Numbered from the whole stretch's first letter, positions 8,801-16,553 are shown. The stretch is 22,284 nt of DNA, filler included, from Bradymonadales bacterium (GCA_007693605.1; 2 parts of 2 records of this genome joined end to end with filler, not necessarily neighbours in it), one strand, 5' to 3'. Notes: a model not told the origin generated them from the sequence alone. Numbers and translations: made by a program.

Positions 8801-9610
8801 AAGTTGTTGCATATAGGTGGCTGAAATAGTTTTGGCTAAGATTTCTTGAAGAATCAGCTTCAACTCAAACTCCTCAACGATGTCTCGAAGGGGGAACTCA
8901 TGAATGAGAGATGTATCCCCCGCGACTATTCTCTCCTCTTTACCGCTCATATATTGTAGGAATGCTTGTTCAAACAGACGAATTCTCTGTTGATGCCACA
9001 GATCTTTGAGAAACTCTGGGTCGATTGCTTGGTTGATTCGTTTTGATTCTACTGCCCTTTCGATGTCTTTGATCCACTCTTCCATTGTTAGGTCAAAGTC
9101 TGATTTTGTGAGCTGGCCGTCTTGGCCATCTATGAGTTGAGAAGCTCTCAGCCGTAATCGGTTGAACCTCATCGCCTGAAGAATTTGCAACTGTCGCCAA
9201 TCAGACAGATCGTTTAGAAAGGCCCACTCCAGTTCGTTACCCAGCCAAGCCCCTGTCTGAATTCGTTCTGTCAATCGCTCAAGAACAAGGCTTGGTAGGC
9301 GTCTTTCAAAGTCTTCGATTTGACGAACAAGCCTCTGTTGTTCAGTTTCACTGAGGTGCTCTGGTCGCTCGGATAAAATCTGGCGTAGGGCTTCAAGTTG
9401 AACCTGGAATCGTTCAAAATGAGGATGGTTTTCAATCGCAGGCAGCCTTGGCTCATGCTCACTCGGTAGAGAAGCCTGACTTGAGAAATTAAGTACAGAA
9501 TCTAAAGGAAAGTCTGGCTCGCAAACAGTCGCCTCTCCCCTAAAGGGGAGAACTAGGCTGATTCCAAAATAGAACAGCCATTGGCTCGTCATTTGCTTTC
9601 CACACCACAT
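5849..9610 (-). CDS. Large hypothetical exported protein (Glu/Gln-rich helical region plus Gly/Ala-rich hydrophobic C-terminal third)
   Basis: Uninterrupted 1253-aa ORF with a signal-like N-terminus (WLFYFGISLVLPFRGEA|TVC) and GAGGGA upstream. No catalytic motif recognised. Confidence 0.85.
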   Translation of the reverse strand: MWCGKQMTSQWLFYFGISLVLPFRGEATVCEPDFPLDSVLNFSSQASLPSEHEPRLPAIENHPHFERFQVQLEALRQILSERPEHLSETEQQRLVRQIEDFERRLPSLVLERLTERIQTGAWLGNELEWAFLNDLSDWRQLQILQAMRFNRLRLRASQLIDGQDGQLTKSDFDLTMEEWIKDIERAVESKRINQAIDPEFLKDLWHQQRIRLFEQAFLQYMSGKEERIVAGDTSLIHEFPLRDIVEEFELKLILQEILAKTISATYMQQLEALAVATPLESEDLDSFPGLFEDWQDFVDDRIGAQNELNEQLESAEVEIRRIFEAFGIENFDIFTAQNSDTENEATMPSSFSASEEVIQHLRQYLSIQRVMHLLANGRLGEPGAWNLEEVERLGILEKLQIELQELELYYKATKEREQARYEARRRESRRELALQFMSDFEGSMQDFRLAYSQKEFQELGGFSLSDIMTLPEAEWLFSIRRQTQLSQNRLIQINDFIIAAEQERAQEVARLRPFMENSALNFRSIFEDQSDIFQEEDAAHRQNLFRNITQELEDLKSQLRNEVWSFFRNENERAEAEKAHQEVEVQLMTLAIQQAITSKIQGGEMTWQAVLDEIEAWHELLKREGLEIEIQSEGFIDNHFLSVAHGVLNGLLQAEQSQRVLSLQMNELQEANRDLTIAYEQLQKQDEFENLRRRPLELQLHRILSQYPEEVQARLRNELYEYRQGLMKEVAEAFLSTREAEIRRAMAETKTETNYLQEFLERTLTRRNNRQGWRRYVMLPHEVVIESFRIVTDEGLWTYAGEKAVKVGYGLAKMGEGLHHTAALFPLAAGQWAEMITGQRRDWGLDYYNWIRTTANEHWGGSLHDDLKPLVKNSVFGWTPPGRFAEPLSFISFMIKSSILPGFGLVMEVPLELLVDIETAYQLHHYGVLNEFELYEMKMQGLDRIVQENWRLLTNGGITDDEVTAVLSSTFFAVSKLAIMSAAMLKMGSASQAQARGTALLERNLFRPIGVRFAGSQTAALNLGYGIAAANMIVFNFAMSGAATLGYELYAASKENRIIRWLNVAFDTLVGAGNSMFYTAAMSLSGQAIARASYRSATGRAYPTESQARFLTRDQRVALMRADHGGQMFSQTINIFEASSGLSEYMDMAVATTNFQEFMGAALTVLSYLMDVGDVRFIEGQAGAYRSRFHPFDAAKAAPKLTLGAVILGASTAVRAPDASSASHRTIEGQVDQRGYWTQEQQGDSSPYNHNQD

Positions 9611-9640
9611 TTTTTATCCCTCTGCCCGAGGGCAAAGCCT

Positions 9641-10387
9641 CTAGCCGGTTATACTTCGGTGACAATTCCTTTCAAAAAAGTCATCAATCTGGGCATCAGT
9701 GAATCCCGCTTGCTCCAAAAGGCCTGTCAGATAGATTCTCGCGATCATTGTTGATACAGCTTCAATCAAGGCCGACTGTCCTCCAGTCACCTCTACCTCG
9801 GCGTTGGCTGATACCTTGGGGTTGTCTGAATCTATAGCCACCGTGTCCACTAGCTTCAAAACGCCCGTACCCTCAACTTGAACTACAACAAGTCGCTCCG
9901 CGAGTGGAGTGCTATTCGCCCAAGCCAAAAAGGCTTCTTTTAATGAGTCCATATTGATGCCTTCAGCTTCCAGCTGAGACCTTAGGGCATCGCCAGCCTC
10001 CATAAAGTCATGGTCGTGTGCAGGGTGACCGATTGAAGCCATCAGACCAGAGAGGAATATATTGGTATCGATTTGTGCTTTGCTACGACTGGCCCTCTGG
10101 CGTTGAGTACATTGCTCCTCCTGTCTATCTGCAAGGATTTCAAGGAGAGCGTTATTCATCACCTCAACGGAAACAGCTGAGCCTGAGAAGCCCGCAGCCG
10201 GATTGTTTTCTATCACGGCCTCCCGGGCAGCATCATCTCGTTCTTTCCTCACTTCGTTATTTTTCCTCGATCCTTTAGCCTCTTGGTGCTGAGTCATACC
10301 AGCGCTAGAGCCACCCCCTCGCTGAGCCTCCAGACTCTCAAGAGCGCCGAAGCTAAAAACGATCAATCCTAAAATTAAATAACGCAT
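9641..10387 (-). CDS. Hypothetical exported acidic protein
   Basis: GAGGAGGA (10402-10395) precedes ATG 10387, giving 248 aa. The signal peptide reads MRYLILGLIVFSFGALESLEA|Q. Two Cys are present, one of them 7 residues from the C-terminus. Confidence 0.85.
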   Translation of the reverse strand: MRYLILGLIVFSFGALESLEAQRGGGSSAGMTQHQEAKGSRKNNEVRKERDDAAREAVIENNPAAGFSGSAVSVEVMNNALLEILADRQEEQCTQRQRASRSKAQIDTNIFLSGLMASIGHPAHDHDFMEAGDALRSQLEAEGINMDSLKEAFLAWANSTPLAERLVVVQVEGTGVLKLVDTVAIDSDNPKVSANAEVEVTGGQSALIEAVSTMIARIYLTGLLEQAGFTDAQIDDFFERNCHRSITG

Positions 10388-10426
10388 TCTTTGTTCCTCC
10401 TCAAAACTTGTCCGCTTCAACAAAAC

Positions 10427-10443
10427 TGCAAGTCCTGTTCCAA
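10427..10443 (-). promoter_or_regulatory. Sigma-54 -24/-12 promoter
   Basis: The minus strand reads TTGGAACAGGACTTGCA (GG-N10-GC), about 40 nt upstream of ATG 10387. Confidence 0.75.
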
Positions 10444-10908
10444 GCTTAAGGACTGGCTAGGGCTTGAAATCATTGAAGTTTTTACTGCACACGAAGGCCC
10501 CGGCTGGGACATTCGCAAAGCCTGCGCGGAATCTTTGTCGCGCTTCTGCGTAGCGAGGGCTCTGCCTGATGTCTGAATTCTTATCTCTTCAGAGGGAGGA
10601 CAGGCTAACGGTGCATCGGGCTTAAGTCGTCAGGGAGAAAGTCATCAAAGGGAAGATGGAGCTCGGCAAAATCGCTGCCTGGCTCGAGAAGCGGTGTAAG
10701 CCGATTTAGACATAAAGAAAAGCCAAAATCTTTGACGGTGTCGAAGCGACTCAGCTTCTACGCTTTGCTTTCAATTTCGTCGCCGAGAACAGGCCGGAGA
10801 GAAGGGGAAGGTCTTGGTGTGAAGATGGAAGTGGCTCGATGGGGCTGAGCAGATCGATGTTGTAGGTGATTGGCGTGCCGAGCTTCGGTACACACGGGTT
10901 GTGCCCAG

Positions 10909-11553
10909 CTAACTCTTTGATCTACAGGCCTTCATCAGAGCCTTTGTACTTCGGATTTTCTCGGCGCTTTTGATTGCCTTGAGTATCGGCTTTGCGGCAC
11001 GCATTTGCCTTTCACTGGATTCTCTCCACTTGTAATGTACGCCCAAGCCCGCAATTGGCTGATACTCCCTCACCGCGCCTAAGTGGGTCATTTCAATGCT
11101 ATTACCTTCAAGCACCTTGTTTAGCTCCCTTTTCGCCTTCTTCGTGTCAGCACCCATCTCGACCAGAAGCTGTGCAACTTCAGCCGTCCCTGAATAGAAC
11201 AGAGCCGAATGCCCGGTGAAGGGGTTTTCCTTATTGATCTTTGCCCCATGCTTTACGAGGAGCTTCACGATTTTGGCATGGCCGTTCATGGCTGCTAGAG
11301 TTAGCATGGTATGGCCCGATTTGGGATCGACGAACTTGACATTAACGCGCCCGTCTTTCAGGAGGTCTTTCACTTTCTCGACATCATTATTCCAAATGGC
11401 GTTTTGCAGTTTTCGTTCCTGCGAATTCATCAGCCAGTCACCAAATGCTTGGGATATCTCATCAACAGTTCGCAGGCCGCCACCGGCAGCGAGCTGAGCC
11501 GGAAGACTTAAAACTGAAAAGAGAATGAATGTAGATATCATTAGAATTCGCAT
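10909..11553 (-). CDS. Exported ankyrin-repeat protein with a C-terminal ALMKAC motif
   Basis: Ankyrin repeats GHTMLTLAAMNGHAKIVKLLVKHGAKIN and GHSALFYS..AEVAQLLVEMGAD follow a signal peptide. GGAGG lies 5 nt before ATG 11553, giving 214 aa. Confidence 0.9.
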   Translation of the reverse strand: MRILMISTFILFSVLSLPAQLAAGGGLRTVDEISQAFGDWLMNSQERKLQNAIWNNDVEKVKDLLKDGRVNVKFVDPKSGHTMLTLAAMNGHAKIVKLLVKHGAKINKENPFTGHSALFYSGTAEVAQLLVEMGADTKKAKRELNKVLEGNSIEMTHLGAVREYQPIAGLGVHYKWRESSERQMRAAKPILKAIKSAEKIRSTKALMKACRSKS

Positions 11554-11594
11554 AGGAGCCTCCATTTTGATCGAGATTGCATGAATGCAATTTT

Positions 11595-11611
11595 AGCAAG
11601 AAACATGCCAG
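11595..11611 (-). promoter_or_regulatory. Sigma-54 -24/-12 promoter
   Basis: The minus strand reads CTGGCATGTTTCTTGCT, close to the consensus YTGGCACGNNNNTTGCW, about 42 nt upstream of ATG 11553. Confidence 0.85.
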
Positions 11612-11735
11612 GCCTCTGTCATTGGAGGCTAGTTCAAGCGGGGGAGGTCCCAGAGTCTGTTGAAATGTGGGTCATCTATGGCCTATTTCCCGATTCTGTT
11701 GGTCACTTAAATAAGTGTGAGCAATATCGGGAGTT

Positions 11736-11835
11736 NNNNNNNNNNNNNNNNNNNNNNNNNNNNNNNNNNNNNNNNNNNNTTAATTAATTAANNNNNNNNN
11801 NNNNNNNNNNNNNNNNNNNNNNNNNNNNNNNNNNN
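11736..11835. other. Artificial contig-joining spacer
   Basis: 44 N, then TTAATTAATTAA (stop codons in all six frames), then 44 N, totalling exactly 100 nt. Confidence 0.95.
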
Positions 11836-12056
11836 CGCCTTGATTCGAAGCAAAAGCTTGATTCACAACATGAAAAAATTTACCGGTTGGACCACCAGGA
11901 GCGAGCATCGCAGTGTGGTTATGATGCCACTCGAGAAGCGCAGCGACGCAGCCGCCACTGCAACGCGGGCAAGGAGCGTTGCAGCTATCCGCAAAAATCG
12001 TCGACCGGAGGTCGACCTGAAATTGGGGGCAGATGGGCCCTTAGCGCCACTCCCCC

Positions 12057-12098
12057 AAAATAAAAAAGGGCGGCTCCTACAGAGAAAACCGCCCTTTT
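12057..12098 (-). terminator. Rho-independent terminator of the RRM gene (possibly bidirectional)
   Basis: AAAAGGGCGG (12064-12073) pairs with CCGCCCTTTT (12089-12098). On the minus strand the stem is followed by TTTTTTATTTT. It lies 25 nt after the stop codon. Confidence 0.85.
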
Positions 12099-12123
12099 GA
12101 AATTTTTTAAGAATTTCGTCGGT

Positions 12124-12513
12124 CTAGTATCGTCCGCCTCGGTCGCGTCCACCGCCACCAAAACCACGATCGCGTCCGCCGCCGCCACCGCCACCGAAGC
12201 CGCCTCGGTCGCGTCCACCGCCACCTCCGCCGCCGCCAAAGCCGCCGCCGCCTCGACGAGGTGTTTCAGCTCTTGCTTCTGACACTCGTAAAGCTCGACC
12301 ATCAAGATCTTTTCCATTCAAATTGGAAATAGCCTCAGCCGCTTCTTCTGCCGTTGACATCACAACAAAGCCAAAGCCTCGGCTTCTGCCTGTCATTCGG
12401 TCCATTTTTACTTCTGCCGACTCAACGGTTCCGAACTCAGAGAAAGCTTGGTTAAGCATATCGTCTGTAACTCCGTACGCAATATTGCCGACATAGATTT
12501 TATTTGCACTCAT
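12124..12513 (-). CDS. RRM-domain RNA-binding protein with Gly/Arg-rich tail
   Basis: Contains RNP2 KIYVGNI and RNP1 RGFGFV, plus LNGKDLDGRALRVSEA and a GGRDRGGFGGG tail. AGGAGGA precedes ATG 12513, giving 129 aa (the ORF-track start at 12618 is too early). Confidence 0.95.
   Translation of the reverse strand: MSANKIYVGNIAYGVTDDMLNQAFSEFGTVESAEVKMDRMTGRSRGFGFVVMSTAEEAAEAISNLNGKDLDGRALRVSEARAETPRRGGGGFGGGGGGGGRDRGGFGGGGGGGRDRGFGGGGRDRGGRY
12134..12225. repeat. Exact 26-bp direct repeat within the Gly-rich tail
   Basis: CCGCCTCGGTCGCGTCCACCGCCACC occurs at 12134-12159 and 12200-12225 and encodes GGGRDRGG. Confidence 0.9.
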
Positions 12514-12797
12514 GGATACTGTCCTCCTGAAAGCGATTCGAGAACACCGGAAACAGAGGACAGACCACCTGACACTCGAAACTCTGAAGTTCCCATCGCA
12601 ACTATCTGATCCTCTCATACTACCACATTTCGCTTATGAGAAGCTGAAACTGTGGATCTTATCAAGACCACCCCGGCCCCCCTGACCGAGCACGGCAGGC
12701 GTTCAGAATGGCCTTATGCGCCTAAGGCCAAAGAAGAAAAAGCTCCTAAGAAATTAGAGCTTTAGAGATGCTCGCCAAGCTCCTGGTCGGGGCCTGG

Positions 12798-15700
12798 CTA
12801 ATAGAGCAAGGGAGCAAGCCACCGCCTGGCCTCCTCCAAAGACCAGCCCTTTCGAGCAGAGTAGTCAGACAACTGCTCTTCGGTGATCTTTCCAATCGTT
12901 GAATAGCGAGAGTTCGGGTGAGAAAAATAATAGCCACAAACACTCGATGCGGGGCTAATTGCCATGGACTCCGTCAGCGAAACCCCAAGCCTTTGGGGCG
13001 CCTCCAACAACCGGAAAAGCTTCAGTTTCTCCGTATGGTCGGGGCAGGCCGGGTAGCCGGGGGCGGGCCGAATTCCCTGGTACTTTTCAGCGATAAGATC
13101 CTGAGGGCTCAGTTTTTCAGACTCCCCATAGCCCCAAAACTGCCGAACTTTCTTATGAACTCTTTCGGCAAGCGCCTCGGCGACCCGATCGCCCAAAGCC
13201 TTCACAATGATAGAACTGTAGTCGTCTCCTTGGTCGGCATAGGCCTGGGCCAATTTTTCAACCTCTTGACCGGCAGTCACCACGAAGGCCCCGACAAAGT
13301 CCTGCCTTCCCGAACTTTTGGAGGCCACAAAATCCGCCAAACAGTACTGGGGCAGATCTTCAGACTGCCGAGGGCTTTGCTGCCTCAAAAAACAAAGCCT
13401 CTCGATCATATGGCCCGCCTCGTCAAGCAGCTCAAGGTCATCCCCTAAGCTTTGAGCCTTCCAAAAGCCGTAAACCGCTTTGGGTCTAAAGAGCTTTTTC
13501 TCTCGGATTCCTTCAAAGAGAAGACGGGCATCTTGGTAAAGCTTCTCGGCCTCTTTGCCCCACTTTGGATGCTTGAGGATCTTCGGGTAAACTCCCTTCA
13601 TCTCCCATGCCCAGAAAAAAGGCGACCAGTCAAAATATTCATAAATCTCCGCTAAAGAGATATCCAACTCCTCTTGAAGGCCAAGAAACTGGGGCTTTGG
13701 TGGAGTCTCTTTCGTCCAATCAATTCTTAACGCCCGTCTTCTCGCCTCATCCAAACTGAGTAGGCTTTGAGTCTTCTCCGATTGGGAGTGAAAATTTCGA
13801 TTCCTTTGGTGAAGCTCTGCCAGCTCTCGCTCAAAAGCTTCTCTCTTTTCAGAATCCAACAAGCGAGAGCAAACCCCTGCCGCCAAAGAGGCATCTCGAA
13901 CATGGAGAGTTGGGCCTGAGTAGTGGGGAGCGAGTTTTACGCTCGTATGTAAACTTGAAGTTGTCGCGCCTCCTATTAAGACCGGAAGCTCCAAACCCTG
14001 CCGCTCAAACTCCTGGAGGTTAAAAATCATTTCATCCAATGAGGGAGTGATCAGTCCACTGAGCCCCACTAAATCGGCTTCCTGCTCCTTTATCGCCGAT
14101 ATGATTTTTTGCACCGGCACCATCACGCCCAAATCAATCACTTCATAGGAATTACAAGCCAAAACCACAGAGACGATATTTTTTCCAATATCGTGAACAT
14201 CCCCCTTGACCGTGGCAATCACAAAGCGAGGCTTTCGAGTCTTTTCAAGGGGATTTTCTTCCGTCCTTTCTTCCTCCATAAAGGGTTCGAGGTAGGCCAC
14301 GGCCTGCTTCATCACCCGAGCCGATTTCACAACTTGCGGAAGGAACATCTTGCCTTCGCCAAACAGGCGGCCCACTTCTTTCATCCCCTCCATAAGAGGG
14401 CCTTCAATTACAAACAAAGGCCTGCCCAACTTTTGACGAGCTTCTTCGGTGTCTTCTTCAACGAAACGATTCAGCCCGTGAACCAGGGAATGTTTGATTC
14501 GTTCTTCAAGTGAAAGACTCCTCCAATCCTCTTCTTTGACACTCGTCTTTAATTTCCCTGAACCAGCCTCAGACTCCAGCTTGAGCTTTTCAGCAAAGGC
14601 CGTCAGTCGCTCGGTCGCGTCTGGCCTGAGATTCCAAAGAACCGCCTCTACCCGCTCCAAGAGTTCAGGCTCAATCTCCTCATAGAGGCCGAGCATACCC
14701 GCGTTGACAATCGCCATATCGAGACCGGCCTTTTGAGCTCGATAGAGAAAGGCCGAGTGCATCGCCTCGCGAACGAGATGATTACCCCGATAAGAAAAGC
14801 TGATATTTGATACCCCCCCACTGGTAAGAGCGCCCGGACAAAGCCTTTTAACTTCTCTGACCGCCTCCACAAAGTTTATTGCATAATCGTTATGCTCATC
14901 CATTCCGGTCGCAACCGTCAGAATGTTGGGATCAAAAATAATGTCCTCAGGCTCGAAAGCCAGCTCTTCAACCAAGATTTTGTAAGCCCTCTGACAGACT
15001 GAGACTTTGTGATCGACTTCGACCGCCTGACCCGTCTCATCAAAGGCCATCACCACCACGGCCGCTCCATAGTCTTTGATCTTTTCCGCCTGCGCTCGAA
15101 AAACTTCTTCCCCTTCTTTAAGAGAAATCGAGTTGACTATCGCCTTGCCCTGAACGCACTTTAAGCCCGCCTCAATCACCTCCCATTTGCTCGAATCAAT
15201 CATGATCGGAACTCGAACAATATCGGGCTCACTGGCAATCAAATTGAGAAAGTGGGTCATCGACTTCGGCGCGTCCAACATTCCTTCGTCAAAGTTGATG
15301 TCGAGAATATTCGCTCCGTTCTCCACCTGTTGCCGAGCCACAGACAAGGCCTTCTCAAAATTCCCCTCTTTGATCATCTTCGAAAAAGCGGGGGAGCCCG
15401 TCACATTGGTGCGCTCGCCCACAACTAAAAAATTCTTTGGCTGACCTTCTAGAAGATTGAGGGGCTCAAGCCCACTCCACCGACTGCCTCTTGCAAGCTT
15501 CGGAGCTTTTCTCGGAGCCATCTTCTCAAGATCTTGTCGAATCTGAGCAATATGCTCCGGCGTCGTTCCGCAACAACCTCCAACGATATTGACCAAGCCC
15601 TGTCGAGCAAACTCGCCTAGAGCTGAAGAAGTGTCTTTTGGCTTTTCATCATAGCCTGTTTGGCTCAAAGGGTTTGGCAGGCCCGCGTTCGGGTAACAGC

Positions 15701-16520
15701 TGATGCCACAATCGACAAGACGGCTCAACTCCGAGATCAACGGCTGCATCTCTTTGGCGCCGAGCGCACAATTCAAACCCACTGCGAGAGGTCTTGAGTG
15801 TCGTATCGAATTCCAAAAGGCCTCGATGGTCTGACCAGACAGAGTTCGCCCCGAAGCGTCTGATACGGTGGCCGATAAAATCAAAGGGATCTTTTCGCCT
15901 CGCTCTCGCTCGATCTGCTTGATGGCAAAAACGGCCGCCTTTAAATTCAAGGTATCAAAAACCGTTTCAGGCAAGAGCAGATCAACACCCCCCTTCAACA
16001 AAGCCCTCGCCTGTTGTGCATAAATCTCCACAAGCTCATCAAAACTGGTCGCTCGATAGGCGGGTCGATTGACATCCGGAGACAAAGAGGCCGTTCGACT
16101 GGTGGGGCCCATCGCACCCGCAACAAAGCAGCGGCGGCCCGACTCCTTTTCAAAGCTCTGACAGGCTTGCTTTGCGATCCGAGCGGATTGAATATTCAAC
16201 TCCTCCACCAAGGCCTCACAGCCGTAGTCGGCCTGGCCTAGCCCAGTTGAAGAAAACGAATTGGTTTCGATGATGTCTGCTCCGGCCCGCAAATAGGCGA
16301 GATGAACTTCCCTTACAATGTCAGGCTGAGTCAGACTCAAAAGATCGTTGTTGCCCTTGAGATCCTTTTGATGGCCAGAGAATCGATCCCCCCGAAAATC
16401 AGACTCCGACAAAGAATAGGTCTGCAACATGCTCCCCATGGCGCCGTCCAGAAAGAGGATTCGCTCTCTCATCAGCTCTAGTAGCTCAGTTTCAATGGCT
16501 GTTGTTTTCAATCGACTCAA
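12798..16520 (-). CDS. metH: Cobalamin-dependent methionine synthase
   Basis: 1240 aa with all domains present: DGAMG, NCALG and GGCCG (Hcy/Zn), GERTNVTGS (pterin), DVHDIG and SGLIT (B12), [12 protein letters not shown] (reactivation). TTG start. Confidence 0.98.
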   Translation of the reverse strand: MSRLKTTAIETELLELMRERILFLDGAMGSMLQTYSLSESDFRGDRFSGHQKDLKGNNDLLSLTQPDIVREVHLAYLRAGADIIETNSFSSTGLGQADYGCEALVEELNIQSARIAKQACQSFEKESGRRCFVAGAMGPTSRTASLSPDVNRPAYRATSFDELVEIYAQQARALLKGGVDLLLPETVFDTLNLKAAVFAIKQIERERGEKIPLILSATVSDASGRTLSGQTIEAFWNSIRHSRPLAVGLNCALGAKEMQPLISELSRLVDCGISCYPNAGLPNPLSQTGYDEKPKDTSSALGEFARQGLVNIVGGCCGTTPEHIAQIRQDLEKMAPRKAPKLARGSRWSGLEPLNLLEGQPKNFLVVGERTNVTGSPAFSKMIKEGNFEKALSVARQQVENGANILDINFDEGMLDAPKSMTHFLNLIASEPDIVRVPIMIDSSKWEVIEAGLKCVQGKAIVNSISLKEGEEVFRAQAEKIKDYGAAVVVMAFDETGQAVEVDHKVSVCQRAYKILVEELAFEPEDIIFDPNILTVATGMDEHNDYAINFVEAVREVKRLCPGALTSGGVSNISFSYRGNHLVREAMHSAFLYRAQKAGLDMAIVNAGMLGLYEEIEPELLERVEAVLWNLRPDATERLTAFAEKLKLESEAGSGKLKTSVKEEDWRSLSLEERIKHSLVHGLNRFVEEDTEEARQKLGRPLFVIEGPLMEGMKEVGRLFGEGKMFLPQVVKSARVMKQAVAYLEPFMEEERTEENPLEKTRKPRFVIATVKGDVHDIGKNIVSVVLACNSYEVIDLGVMVPVQKIISAIKEQEADLVGLSGLITPSLDEMIFNLQEFERQGLELPVLIGGATTSSLHTSVKLAPHYSGPTLHVRDASLAAGVCSRLLDSEKREAFERELAELHQRNRNFHSQSEKTQSLLSLDEARRRALRIDWTKETPPKPQFLGLQEELDISLAEIYEYFDWSPFFWAWEMKGVYPKILKHPKWGKEAEKLYQDARLLFEGIREKKLFRPKAVYGFWKAQSLGDDLELLDEAGHMIERLCFLRQQSPRQSEDLPQYCLADFVASKSSGRQDFVGAFVVTAGQEVEKLAQAYADQGDDYSSIIVKALGDRVAEALAERVHKKVRQFWGYGESEKLSPQDLIAEKYQGIRPAPGYPACPDHTEKLKLFRLLEAPQRLGVSLTESMAISPASSVCGYYFSHPNSRYSTIGKITEEQLSDYSARKGWSLEEARRWLAPLLY

Positions 16521-16553
16521 AACTTTAGTTCTCCGGCAAGATTCGCCCTAACA

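Noticed and set aside
9521..9532. Lipobox in the giant protein
   Set aside because: ATVC does not fit [LVI][ASTVI][GAS]C, and the Cys follows a likely SPase I site.
10721..10737. GCCAAAATCTTTGAC as an activator box
   Set aside because: Imperfect single occurrence with no matching copy at the other promoters.
11780..11791. TTAATTAATTAA palindrome as a biological site
   Set aside because: It is centred in Ns and is a six-frame-stop assembly linker.
11840..12100. 86-aa plus-strand ORF
   Set aside because: No SD or motif. It runs through hairpins and the terminator.
12134..12225. 26-bp direct repeat as a CRISPR array
   Set aside because: Only two exact copies, in frame within a coding Gly-rich tail, and no cas genes nearby.
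11985..12317. Ala-rich ORFs 11985-12317 (-) and 12097-12282 (+)
   Set aside because: Alternative-frame readings of the GGN repeats in the RRM tail.
12918..16241. Several short ORFs inside metH
   Set aside because: Shadow or alternative-frame ORFs of a well-supported gene.
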